Below are positions 1-7,778 of a stretch of 41,788 bases of DNA, in pieces. Each line of letters starts with the position of its first letter. Positions within the stretch are counted from its first letter, which is position 1. The notes below the pieces were generated by a model, which worked only from the letters and a program-made list of their open reading frames with translations, made no database searches and had not been told where the DNA came from. This stretch comes from Casimicrobiaceae bacterium (GTDB taxonomy: Bacteria; Pseudomonadota; Gammaproteobacteria; Burkholderiales; Casimicrobiaceae), in the NCBI GenBank assembly GCA_035635175.1, contig DASQBO010000129.1, positions 1 to 41,788 on the forward strand, written 5' to 3'. The translations under genes were made by a program, and so were the position numbers.

Positions 1-503
1 AGCTCGACGTCGAAGATCAGCGTCGAATTGGGCGGGATCACGCCGCCGGCGCCGCGCTCGCCGTACGCCATCGCAGGCGGAATCACGAGGGTGCGCTTCC
101 CGCCCACTTTCATCCCGGCGACGCCCTCGTCCCAGCCCTTGATCACCTTGCCCGCGCCGAGGATGAAGCCGAAGGGGACCTTGCGGTCGAGGGAGCTGTC
201 GAACTTGGCGCCGTGGCTGTCCGGCGCTGCGGGGTCATAAAGCCACCCGGTGTAGTGAACGATGACAGCCTTGCCGACGACGGCTTCGGCGCCATCCCCT
301 TGTTTCACATCTATTTTCTTGAGCTCAGTCACTTGGGCACCCATCTTGCTTGACAGGGGAGGAGGCGAGGCCGAGGAAGGCTGCTGCGCCGACGAGGTGC
401 CGATCGCGAGAACGGATCCAGCGACGACGATGGCGGCGAAGACCGCGCGCGCGTTGCGTCGCGACAACGGGTCCGGCATCCGCCGGCAACACGAGAACGA
501 CAT
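1..503 (-). CDS. FKBP-type peptidyl-prolyl cis-trans isomerase with N-terminal signal peptide (C-terminus cut by window edge)
   Basis: Hand translation of the minus strand; not in the ORF track because there is no stop in the window. It reads [41 protein letters not shown]..., then [62 protein letters not shown], the canonical FKBP core. GGAGGAG lies 7 nt upstream of the ATG at 503; an alternative ATG is at 479. Confidence 0.85.
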   Translation of the reverse strand, partial: MSFSCCRRMPDPLSRRNARAVFAAIVVAGSVLAIGTSSAQQPSSASPPPLSSKMGAQVTELKKIDVKQGDGAEAVVGKAVIVHYTGWLYDPAAPDSHGAKFDSSLDRKVPFGFILGAGKVIKGWDEGVAGMKVGGKRTLVIPPAMAYGERGAGGVIPPNSTLIFDVE

Positions 504-618
504 GGCGCATCTCCTCCGAACCGTGGTCGAATCGTCGAGCGTCGCCGCGCGGCAGCCGGGTCGGGCCGACCGCGCGCACGCGTCAGGGCCGCCGATTGTA
601 GCCGACACGGGCGCGCTT

Positions 619-647
619 TTGCGCCCCCGTGGGAATTCCGCTATAAA
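619..647 (+). promoter_or_regulatory. candidate sigma-70 promoter for the 741..2438 gene
   Basis: TTGCGC (619-624), a 17-nt spacer, then TATAAA (642-647) in the 237-bp divergent intergenic region. The AT-rich hexamer is rare in this context. Overlaps a GGGCGC/GCGCCC hairpin. Confidence 0.3.
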
Positions 648-740
648 TGAACGCTCCGTGCCGCGTTCGCGGATCGGCGCCTCGATGCGGTTGCGCGCAT
701 CCATCGCCCGTCCCGCCGGCGCTCCCGCACGTGCTCGACC

Positions 741-2438
741 ATGTTCGGATTTCTGACCCAGCAGGCGCGGGACCATCCCGATCCTTTGCTGACGCCGAAG
801 ACGGCGTCGGGATGGTTGCGCCAGTTGCCCACGCTCGACGTGATCGGGCGCCAGCAGCACGTCATGCGCGCTTTCGAAGGCATGCGCCAGGCGCGCAAGG
901 CGGTGGACCTCAACCGCGTCGCCGCGCTCGAGTTCCTCGATTCCGCGCTAGGGGCGGACCGCCGGCAGCTGATCAAGCAATACGTCGAGAACGTCGATAC
1001 CTCGGCGCGGCTCGCGGAGCGGCTGTGGCAGGCGCTGCAGGAGATGACGCAGGGCTTCATCGTCTCCTATCAGACGGCGCTCGAGCAGGCGCTGGAGCAG
1101 CCGGAGAACCTGCGCTGGAAGCCGCTCCTGCCGCGGCTCTTCTCGCGGCTCGTCCACTACTACGGCACCGACGCGAAGCTCCGCGTGTTCCGCTACGAGC
1201 GGTGGATTCCCGGCAAGTGGATGGAGCTCCACAAGCTCTACATTCGCGCGAGCGAGCTCGGGGTGGAGCGGGTGCCGGTCGCGCTGTCGAGCGCCGGCGG
1301 CAACGCGACGCAGTGGACGGTCGAGCAGGAGTACGTGTTCGTGCTCCTCATCCACCAGCTCAACACCGGCAACCTGTCGCCCGCGGAGCTCGACTGGGCG
1401 ACCGCGCAGCTCCGCGCGTGGAGCCGCAAGCTGCAGCTCGACGCCGTGCCGCGCTCGCCCGAAGGGTTCTTCGTCGATCTCGCCGGCAAGGGCGGCCTCG
1501 TGCGGCGCACCGGCAACGACTCGGGGTCGATGCTTCGCTATCTCGACACGACGTCCGTCGCCGACCAGCTCGAACGTGCGATCCACGCGCTCAGGCAGGC
1601 GGAGGCGACCGACCAGGGGCCCGCCGCGCCGATCAACCAGCAGCGCGTCGCCATTCTCGAGAAGGTGCGGCCCGCGGTGTCGCCGAACCTCAACGCCGAC
1701 CTGCGGCGCGATCCGCGCGTCGCCGTCACCGTCGCGGCCAGGGTGCGCGTGGGTCTCGGCCGCATCTGCCGCGACCTCGCCGCGCGGGACGCCAACGAGT
1801 CGGCGAACGACGCGACCGCGAGCGCCGAGCAGATCGAGGTCTACGCGGTCGACGGTCCGCGCGCGAAGCGCGTCGCGCAGAGCGAGCACGATTCGCTGGC
1901 CGCGTCGATCTCGTCGTTCAGCGATCCGATGTGGCAGGTGAAGGACCGGAGCGTCGCGGGTCTGCGCATCGCCGCCTCGGGGGGGATCGGGCAGAGCCTC
2001 GCGCTGGGAGCGCTCGTCGCCGTGCGTCAGTCGGACATCAGCGACTGGGTGCTCGGCGTCGTGCGGCGGTTGAACAAGGTGTCGAACGACGAGGTCGAGG
2101 CGGGCGTCTCGATCATCGCCGAGCGGCTCGTTCCCGTCGTGCTCCACGCGAAGCGCGAGGCGAAGGAGGACCTCGGCATCATCGTCAACGGCATCGACGT
2201 CTCGACGATGGGGGCCCGCTTCGACGGGCTCTACCTGCCGCCGCCATCGCGGCCGGACAAGCCGCTCGCGGTCAAGACGCTGATCGTGCCGACCTCGGAG
2301 TACGTCGAGGGTCGCAACGTCATCCTGGCGACGGGCCGCTCGGTCTACACGGTCGCGCTCCGCCAGCTCGTCGAGCAGCGCGCCGAGTGGAGCTGGGCGG
2401 CGATCCAGATCGTCGAGAAGAAGCCGAAGGACGTCTGA
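741..2438 (+). CDS. conserved hypothetical protein; C-terminal half PilZ-like (possible c-di-GMP receptor)
   Basis: 565-aa ORF with protein-like, non-repetitive composition, unlike the Arg/Ala-rich overlapping frames. It has RRDPRV (RxxxR) and DRSVAG (DxSxxG) motifs, then a GVVRR...GVSII pattern reminiscent of PilZ. The N-terminal ~330 aa is not recognised. Confidence 0.75.
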   Translation: MFGFLTQQARDHPDPLLTPKTASGWLRQLPTLDVIGRQQHVMRAFEGMRQARKAVDLNRVAALEFLDSALGADRRQLIKQYVENVDTSARLAERLWQALQEMTQGFIVSYQTALEQALEQPENLRWKPLLPRLFSRLVHYYGTDAKLRVFRYERWIPGKWMELHKLYIRASELGVERVPVALSSAGGNATQWTVEQEYVFVLLIHQLNTGNLSPAELDWATAQLRAWSRKLQLDAVPRSPEGFFVDLAGKGGLVRRTGNDSGSMLRYLDTTSVADQLERAIHALRQAEATDQGPAAPINQQRVAILEKVRPAVSPNLNADLRRDPRVAVTVAARVRVGLGRICRDLAARDANESANDATASAEQIEVYAVDGPRAKRVAQSEHDSLAASISSFSDPMWQVKDRSVAGLRIAASGGIGQSLALGALVAVRQSDISDWVLGVVRRLNKVSNDEVEAGVSIIAERLVPVVLHAKREAKEDLGIIVNGIDVSTMGARFDGLYLPPPSRPDKPLAVKTLIVPTSEYVEGRNVILATGRSVYTVALRQLVEQRAEWSWAAIQIVEKKPKDV

Positions 2439-2470
2439 GCCGCTCGCGGCGGCCTCCGATTCGTTCGTGT

Positions 2471-2554
2471 GCCGGGGCCCCGGCGAGCCGCTCGCGCCGC
2501 GGCCTCCGATCCGCTCGTGTCGACCGTTGCGCCGAGTTGTCGGCCGCCTGCGGC
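2471..2554. repeat. 84-bp GC-rich intergenic repeat, copy X1
   Basis: gccggggccccggcgagccgctcgcgccgcggcctccgatccgctcgtgtcgaccgttgcgccgagttgtcggccgcctgcggc recurs at 2710-2793 with one mismatch by eye. A degenerate partial copy at 2437-2470 abuts the stop of the 741..2438 gene. Confidence 0.85.
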
Positions 2555-2678
2555 CTCGGCCTCCGCACTGCCTCGACTGATCGTCGCCGCGCGGTGTCGG
2601 CCTCATGCGCCGACTCGCCTGAGTCGCATCCCCGCACGCCATGACGCGCGGGGCCCCTGCTCCTCGGCTCGCGTCGCT

Positions 2679-2794
2679 ACTCGCGATTGCTCGCTCCCCC
2701 TCGCCTTCGGCCGGGACCCCGGCGAGCCGCTCGCGCCGCGGCCTCCGATCCGCTCGTGTCGACCGTTGCGCCGAGTTGTCGGCCGCCTGCGGCG
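2679..2794. repeat. 116-bp composite repeat unit (Y1 31 bp + X2 84 bp)
   Basis: Y = actcgcgattgctcgctccccctcgccttcg (2679-2709), followed by X2 (2710-2793). The same Y+X order restarts at 2795, giving a period of 116 bp. Confidence 0.85.
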
Positions 2795-2855
2795 ACTCGC
2801 GATTGCTCGCTCCCCCTCGCCTTCGGCCGGGGCCCCGGCGAGCCGCTCGCGCCGC
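2795..2855. repeat. second, truncated 116-bp unit (Y2 + first 30 bp of X)
   Basis: Y2 at 2795-2825 is identical to Y1. X3 at 2826-2855 is identical to the first 30 nt of X1 and ends exactly at the tolA stop codon (cta at 2855-2857). Confidence 0.8.
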
Positions 2856-3736
2856 TAGTCGAGCGGCCTGAACTTCAGCGTGAGCGAGCGTTGAAATAGC
2901 TCGGGCCGGTCGGGCCGGGGCAGCGGCGACGACTTCTGGATCGCGCGCTGCACCGCCTCGTCGTACGCGCGGACGCCGCTCGACTTCCTGAGCACCGCGT
3001 CGATGATTTCTCCGGTCGGCAGCTGCACCACCTCGAAGACCGCCTCGGGATTGCCGGCGAGATCGGGCGGCAGCGTGACGTTGCCCTTGACCTTCGCCTG
3101 GATGCGGCGGATGTAGTCGGCCTCGGCGCGGGAGCGCGCCGCGGCCTCGGCTTGGTTCGCCCGCTGCTGGGCGTCGTGCGCCGCCTTCTCGCGCTCGGCC
3201 TGGGCCTTGAGATCGGCGGCCTCGCGCGCCTGCCGGTCACGCGCCTCGGCGAGCTTCCTCTGCTCTTCCTGTTTCTTCTTCTCGGCCTCGCGCTTCTCGG
3301 CTTCCTTCTTCTCGCGCTCTCTGCGCTCGCGCTCCGCGGCCTCCTTCGCCTTGCGCTCCTCCTCGGCCTTCGCCTTCTGCGCGATCTCCGCGGCCTGGGG
3401 ATCGGGCTTCTCCACCTTGGGCTCCGGTTTGGGAACGGCCTTCGGCGGTGGCGGCGGCGCGGGCTCGGGTTTCGCGACAGGGGGGGGCGGCGGCTCGGGC
3501 GGACGGGCGGGCTCGGGCGGAGGCGGGGCGGGAACCGGCGGCGCGGGCGCCGGGGCGACGACGGTCTTCGGCGGTCCGTACAGCTCGGCCGTCACCGGTG
3601 CCGCCGGCCGGCTCTGCCAGCGGACCGACAAGAAGAGCACGCCGATGAAAGCGAGGTTCACCGCGATCGCAAGCAGCAGCGCGGGCCAGCGGCCGGAGGG
3701 CCGTGCCGGCGCGCGGGGCCGATCGGTCGCCGCCAT
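2855..3736 (-). CDS. tolA: Tol-Pal system protein TolA
   Basis: 293 aa. N-terminal TM segment (WPALLLAIAVNLAFIGVLFLSV), a Pro-rich linker, a long Lys/Glu/Ala-rich helical region and a C-terminal TolA-type domain (YIRRIQAKVKGNV...). Directly downstream of tolQ-tolR. Confidence 0.9.
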   Translation of the reverse strand: MAATDRPRAPARPSGRWPALLLAIAVNLAFIGVLFLSVRWQSRPAAPVTAELYGPPKTVVAPAPAPPVPAPPPPEPARPPEPPPPPVAKPEPAPPPPPKAVPKPEPKVEKPDPQAAEIAQKAKAEEERKAKEAAERERREREKKEAEKREAEKKKQEEQRKLAEARDRQAREAADLKAQAEREKAAHDAQQRANQAEAAARSRAEADYIRRIQAKVKGNVTLPPDLAGNPEAVFEVVQLPTGEIIDAVLRKSSGVRAYDEAVQRAIQKSSPLPRPDRPELFQRSLTLKFRPLD

Positions 3737-3738
3737 CC

Positions 3739-4152
3739 TCAGGTGGCCGGCGGGCGTGCGAGCAAGCCGACCTTGCGCACGCCGTTGCGCTGGAGGAGGT
3801 CGAGCACGCCCAGCACGTCCTCGTAGCGCGCGGCGCGATCCGCGGCGATCACGACCGGCTGGTCGGGCAGCTTCGCCTGCTTCGTGCGGATGCGCGCGAC
3901 GAGCTCGTCGCGGGACACGGCGAACGCGCCGCCGCCCGCCTGCTGGTCGCGCAGCGTGAGCGTGCCGTCCGTGCGCAGCGTGACTTCCATCGGCTGCGCG
4001 GGCGCGACGAGCTTCGAGCCGACCGACGGAAGCTCGATCTCGCCCGGGTTCACGAGCGGCGCCGTGACCATGAAGATCACGAGCAGCACCAGCATCACGT
4101 CGATGTACGGGACGACGTTGATCTGGTTCATCGACTTGCGCGCGCGTGGCAT
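3739..4152 (-). CDS. tolR: Tol-Pal system protein TolR (ExbD/TolR family)
   Basis: Internal ATG of ORF 3739..4746. MPRARKSMNQINVVPYIDVMLVLLVIFMVTAP is the ExbD/TolR signature N-terminus; 137 aa. Confidence 0.9.
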   Translation of the reverse strand: MPRARKSMNQINVVPYIDVMLVLLVIFMVTAPLVNPGEIELPSVGSKLVAPAQPMEVTLRTDGTLTLRDQQAGGGAFAVSRDELVARIRTKQAKLPDQPVVIAADRAARYEDVLGVLDLLQRNGVRKVGLLARPPAT

Positions 4153-4172
4153 GGGATCGGTACGATCTGGTG

Positions 4173-4841
4173 CTAGCCCTGCCGCTGCAGGATGTTCGAG
4201 AATTCCTCGATGAACGTCTCGTAGCGCACCGAGAGCCGGTCGACGTCGTGCGTGTAGCGGTTGTACGCGACCACCGCGGGGATGGCGGCGAAGAGGCCGA
4301 TCGCGGTGGCGATCAGCGCCTCGGCGATGCCCGGCGCGACGCTCGCAAGCGTCGCCTGGCTCACGTTCGAGAGCCCGCGAAACGCGTTCATGATCCCCCA
4401 CACCGTTCCGAAGAGACCGACGTACGGCGACACCGAGCCCACGGTCGCGAGGCCCGCGAGGTGCGCGTCGAGCGCGTCGACCTCGCGCTGGTAGGCCGCG
4501 CGCATCGCCCGGCGCGCGCTGTCGAGCGTGACCGCCGCGTTGCTGCCCTGCCGGCGGTGCTTCGAATACTCCCGGAATCCCGCGGTGAAGATGTGCTCGA
4601 GCCCGCTGCCGGTCAGCGACTGGCTCGCGCTCTGGTAGAGGGCGTTGAGGTCGCCGCCCTTCCAGAACTGGTCCTCGAAGGCGTCGGTCTCGCGCAGCGT
4701 GCGCCGAAGCTGGAACAGCTTGAGGAAGATGCGCCACCACGACCACAGCGACGCGGCGAGGAGCAGCACCAGCACCGCCTGCACCACGACCGAGGCCTGC
4801 ACCACCATCGCGACGAACGAGAGATCGGGATGCACGTTCAA
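4173..4841 (-). CDS. tolQ: Tol-Pal system protein TolQ (MotA/TolQ/ExbB channel)
   Basis: C-terminal 222 aa of ORF 4173..5135. PYVGLFGTVWGIMNAF and IAEALIATAIGLFAAIPAVVAYN motifs. Start taken as the TTG at 4841 (GGAGG 7 nt upstream, 4-nt overlap with the ybgC stop); a GTG at 4835 is also possible. Confidence 0.88.
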   Translation of the reverse strand: MNVHPDLSFVAMVVQASVVVQAVLVLLLAASLWSWWRIFLKLFQLRRTLRETDAFEDQFWKGGDLNALYQSASQSLTGSGLEHIFTAGFREYSKHRRQGSNAAVTLDSARRAMRAAYQREVDALDAHLAGLATVGSVSPYVGLFGTVWGIMNAFRGLSNVSQATLASVAPGIAEALIATAIGLFAAIPAVVAYNRYTHDVDRLSVRYETFIEEFSNILQRQG

Positions 4842-5320
4842 AGGAGCGCCTCCATGCGTTCCTGCACCGGCGCCGGGATCCGCGCCGGGCGCCATGTCGC
4901 CGGGCTGAGACAGGCCAGGGTCACCCGCGCGTCGGTCAGCGTCCTGCCCTCGCGCAGCACCGCCTGGTCGGCGACGATCCGCGCGCGGCCGAGCTCGCGC
5001 AGCGTGAGTGTGACGTCGAGCCGGTCGGAAAGTTGCGCGGGCGCCCTGAAGTCGATCTCGACGCGGTGCACGACGAACACGACGGCGTGCTCGCGCTCCA
5101 CGGCGGCGAGGTCGAAGCCCAGCGCCGAGAGCCACTCGGTGCGCGCGCGCTCCATGTACTTCAGGTAGTTCGCGTAGTAGACGACGCCGGCGGCGTCGGT
5201 GTCCTCGTAGTAGACGCGGACGGGGAAGCGGAAGGTCTCCCGCGCGCGCGGGATCGTCGCCCCGCCGGCCCCTGCGCGCACATGTCCTCGCACCCCCCGC
5301 GCTGAGTGCGTCCCGCTCAT
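4838..5320 (-). CDS. ybgC: tol-pal-associated acyl-CoA thioesterase YbgC (hotdog fold)
   Basis: [34 protein letters not shown] is the 4HBT/YbgC signature. Position between ruvB and tolQ. The ATG at 5320 overlaps the ruvB stop (ATGA); in-frame GTGs at 5293/5281 would give a shorter N-terminus. Confidence 0.85.
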   Translation of the reverse strand: MSGTHSARGVRGHVRAGAGGATIPRARETFRFPVRVYYEDTDAAGVVYYANYLKYMERARTEWLSALGFDLAAVEREHAVVFVVHRVEIDFRAPAQLSDRLDVTLTLRELGRARIVADQAVLREGRTLTDARVTLACLSPATWRPARIPAPVQERMEALL

Positions 5321-6369
5321 TCGCGGGCGAACAGGTCGGCCCCGCTTCCGCCGGTCGGCGGCGTGAGCCCGAAATGGCGATACGAGAGCGCGGTCGCGAC
5401 GCGGCCGCGCGAGGTCCGCTGCAGGTAGCCTTGCTGTATCAGGAACGGCTCGAGCACGTCCTCGATCGTGTCGCGCTCCTCGCCGATCGCGGCGGCGAGA
5501 TTGTCGACGCCTACCGGGCCGCCGGCGAACTTGTCGAGCACCGTCCGCAGCAGCTTCCGGTCCATGACGTCCAGCCCGGCGAGGTCGACGTCGAGCATCG
5601 CGAGCGCATCGGCGGCCACCTTCGGCGTGATCTCGCCGCCGGCGCGCACCTGCGCGAAGTCGCGGACGCGGCGCAGGAGCCGGTTGACGATCCGTGGCGT
5701 GCCCCGCGAGCGCCGGGCGATCTCGAGCGCGCCGGCCGGCTCGATGGCGATCTTGAGCAGCGCCGCCGAGCGCGCCACGATCTGCGTCAGCTCCTCCGCC
5801 GTGTAGAACTCGAGCCGCGCGACGATCCCGAAGCGGTCGCGCAGCGGGTTCGTCAGCATGCCCGCGCGCGTCGTCGCGCCGACGAGCGTGAACGGCGGCA
5901 GGTCGAGCTTGACGCTCCGTGCGGCCGGTCCCTCGCCGATCATGATGTCGATCTGGAAGTCCTCGAGCGCCGGATAGAGGATCTCCTCGACGACCGGAGA
6001 GAGGCGGTGGATCTCGTCGATGAACAGCACGTCGTGCGGCTCGAGGTTCGTGAGCAGCGCGGCCAGGTCGCCCGCGCGCTCGAGGACCGGCCCCGAGGTC
6101 TGCCGCAGGTTGACGCCGAGCTCGTGCGCGATGATGTGCGAGAGCGTGGTCTTGCCGAGGCCCGGCGGGCCGAACAGCAGCACGTGGTCCAGCGATTCCT
6201 TCCGCTTCCGCGCGGCCTCGATGAAGATCGCGAGCTGGCCGCGGATCTTTTCCTGCCCGACGTATTCGGCGAGCGCGCGCGGGCGCAGCGCGCGCTCGAC
6301 CGTCGCCTCGTCGCCGGGGGCGACCTTCCCCGCCACGAGCCGGTCGAGTTCGTCGCTCTCGATCGCCAT
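5317..6369 (-). CDS. ruvB: Holliday junction branch migration DNA helicase RuvB
   Basis: Walker [10 protein letters not shown], Walker [12 protein letters not shown], and high overall similarity to RuvB. Start placed at [11 protein letters not shown] (6369) rather than the ORF-track 6402, which would overlap the upstream gene. Confidence 0.95.
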   Translation of the reverse strand: MAIESDELDRLVAGKVAPGDEATVERALRPRALAEYVGQEKIRGQLAIFIEAARKRKESLDHVLLFGPPGLGKTTLSHIIAHELGVNLRQTSGPVLERAGDLAALLTNLEPHDVLFIDEIHRLSPVVEEILYPALEDFQIDIMIGEGPAARSVKLDLPPFTLVGATTRAGMLTNPLRDRFGIVARLEFYTAEELTQIVARSAALLKIAIEPAGALEIARRSRGTPRIVNRLLRRVRDFAQVRAGGEITPKVAADALAMLDVDLAGLDVMDRKLLRTVLDKFAGGPVGVDNLAAAIGEERDTIEDVLEPFLIQQGYLQRTSRGRVATALSYRHFGLTPPTGGSGADLFARE

Positions 6370-6376
6370 GACGGGA

Positions 6377-6895
6377 TTATGCGCGCGCCGGCGAGCGGTC
6401 ACGCGGAGAGGCGTCGGCCCGGCGTCGGATGGAGAGCGTCTTCTCGACCTCGGCGACGACGGCGTCGTCGCGGTCGACGATCGTCGCGCGGAACACCGGC
6501 TCGTGCTTCGCGCCCCGCGCGGTCGCCCGGCGTGCGCGCGCGATGGCGCTTGCCGCGAGCCGGAAGCGCGCGTGGACGTCGCCGCGTCCGGGGCGGCGAT
6601 AGCGGATCGTCGCTGCCTTGTCCCACACGACGTAGTCCGGACCGAGGTTGTGCAGCATCATCAGCGCGAAGAAGGGGTCCGTCATCGCGAACAGGGAGCC
6701 GCCGAACTGCGTGCCGAAGTAGTTGCGGTTCGCGAGGCCGAGCTTGAGCGTCACGTCGACCTCGCGGTAATCGGCGGACACGCGCGTCACCCGGATGCCG
6801 GCGCCGAGAAACGGCGGCCACAGGTTGATCGCCCGGCGGAACAGCGCGGGCGGCACCTTGAGCTTCGGCAGGATTCCCTGCGCGCCGGCCGGCAT
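6377..6895 (-). CDS. DUF4442/YiiD-C-like hotdog-fold protein (putative thioesterase)
   Basis: 172-aa ORF between ruvA and ruvB. The pattern [23 protein letters not shown]...[13 protein letters not shown] resembles the DUF4442 family. This assignment is from memory only. Confidence 0.65.
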   Translation of the reverse strand: MPAGAQGILPKLKVPPALFRRAINLWPPFLGAGIRVTRVSADYREVDVTLKLGLANRNYFGTQFGGSLFAMTDPFFALMMLHNLGPDYVVWDKAATIRYRRPGRGDVHARFRLAASAIARARRATARGAKHEPVFRATIVDRDDAVVAEVEKTLSIRRRADASPRDRSPARA

Positions 6896-6899
6896 CGCG

Positions 6900-7481
6900 T
6901 CACGCCTTCGCGAGCAGCTTCAGCGCCTGCCGGATCGCGTCGCCCACGGCGAGGCCGTCGGGCAGCTTCTTCACGACGGCAAGCGCCTCCTTGTCCGAGT
7001 AGCCGAGTGCCGCCAGCGCGTGCAGCACGTCCGACGAGACGGGCGGCGGGCGGTGCAGGCCCACCGCGGCGGTGACGTCGACGCCGAGCTTGTCCTTGAG
7101 TTCGAGCAGCAGCCGCTCGGCCGTCTTCTTGCCGATGCCGGGGATCTTCGTGAGGCGGCCCGTGTCCTGCATCGTGACCGCCTGCGCGAGCTCGGCGACG
7201 GACAGTCCCGACAGCACCGACAGCGCGGTGCGCGCGCCGACGCCGCTGATCTTGAGCAGCTGGCGGAACGCGCGGCGCTCGTTCTCGGTGCCGAAGCCGA
7301 ACAGCAGGTGCGCATCCTCGCGCACGACGAGATGCGTGAAGAGCGCGACGCGCTCGCCGGTCGCGGGCAGGCTGTAGAACGTGCTCATCGGCACGTCGAT
7401 TTCGTAGGCGACGCCGCCCACGTCGACGAGGAGTTGCGGCGGACTCTTCTCGACGAGGATTCCGGAGAGGCGGCCGATCAT
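6900..7481 (-). CDS. ruvA: Holliday junction DNA helicase subunit RuvA
   Basis: [31 protein letters not shown] is the canonical RuvA N-terminus, with HhH motifs ([27 protein letters not shown]). The upstream part of ORF 6900..7511 reads into the repeat element. Confidence 0.93.
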   Translation of the reverse strand: MIGRLSGILVEKSPPQLLVDVGGVAYEIDVPMSTFYSLPATGERVALFTHLVVREDAHLLFGFGTENERRAFRQLLKISGVGARTALSVLSGLSVAELAQAVTMQDTGRLTKIPGIGKKTAERLLLELKDKLGVDVTAAVGLHRPPPVSSDVLHALAALGYSDKEALAVVKKLPDGLAVGDAIRQALKLLAKA

Positions 7482-7485
7482 GGTA

Positions 7486-7755
7486 GGAGCCTGTCGGACT
7501 TGCTTTCGCACATGCGACGGTGGCGAGTTGGGCGCAGTTCAAGGCACGAGCTCGAAGGCATACCGGCAGTATGCCAAGAGCGAGTAACGCAGAATTGCGC
7601 CCAACTCGCCCCGTCCCTCCGGGTTGCTGCCAAAAAGGCGCGTCTGCTTCGTTGCTCGGCTTGCATAGGTTCCCGACATTTGCTGCGCCTCGCGCCTCGC
7701 ATCCATCGCCTTTTGGCCCAGCAACGCATGCGTGAAAGCAAGCCCGACAGGCTCC
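7486..7755. mobile_element. MITE-like non-coding element A (270 bp) with imperfect 31-bp terminal inverted repeats
   Basis: Left end ggagcctgtcggacttgctttcgcacatgcg (7486-7516) against the right end cgcatgcgtgaaagcaagcccgacaggctcc (7725-7755): 28/31 complementary by eye. Nested perfect 15-bp stem at 7522-7536 / 7596-7610, and a small hairpin ggcata..tatgcc at 7557-7575. No protein-like ORF. Confidence 0.55.
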
Positions 7756-7778
7756 CGATTATGGCACGCCGGATCGCG

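Noticed and set aside
2437-2855. Possible CRISPR array, given the near-identical direct repeats.
   Set aside because: The repeat units are 84 and 116 bp and are composite (Y+X). There are only two to three copies with unequal spacing, no uniform spacers, and no cas genes or leader in the window.
3240-3560. Low-complexity, repetitive DNA (GC-rich runs and repeated ctc/ggc motifs).
   Set aside because: It is the coding sequence for the Pro-rich and Lys/Glu/Ala-rich linker of TolA on the minus strand, not an independent repeat element.
7762-7777. Sigma-54-like TGGCAC motif (TGGCACGCCGGATCGC) next to element A.
   Set aside because: The GG-to-GC spacing is off by one from the -24/-12 consensus. 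It also points on the plus strand into the 3' end of a minus-strand gene, with nothing downstream to drive.
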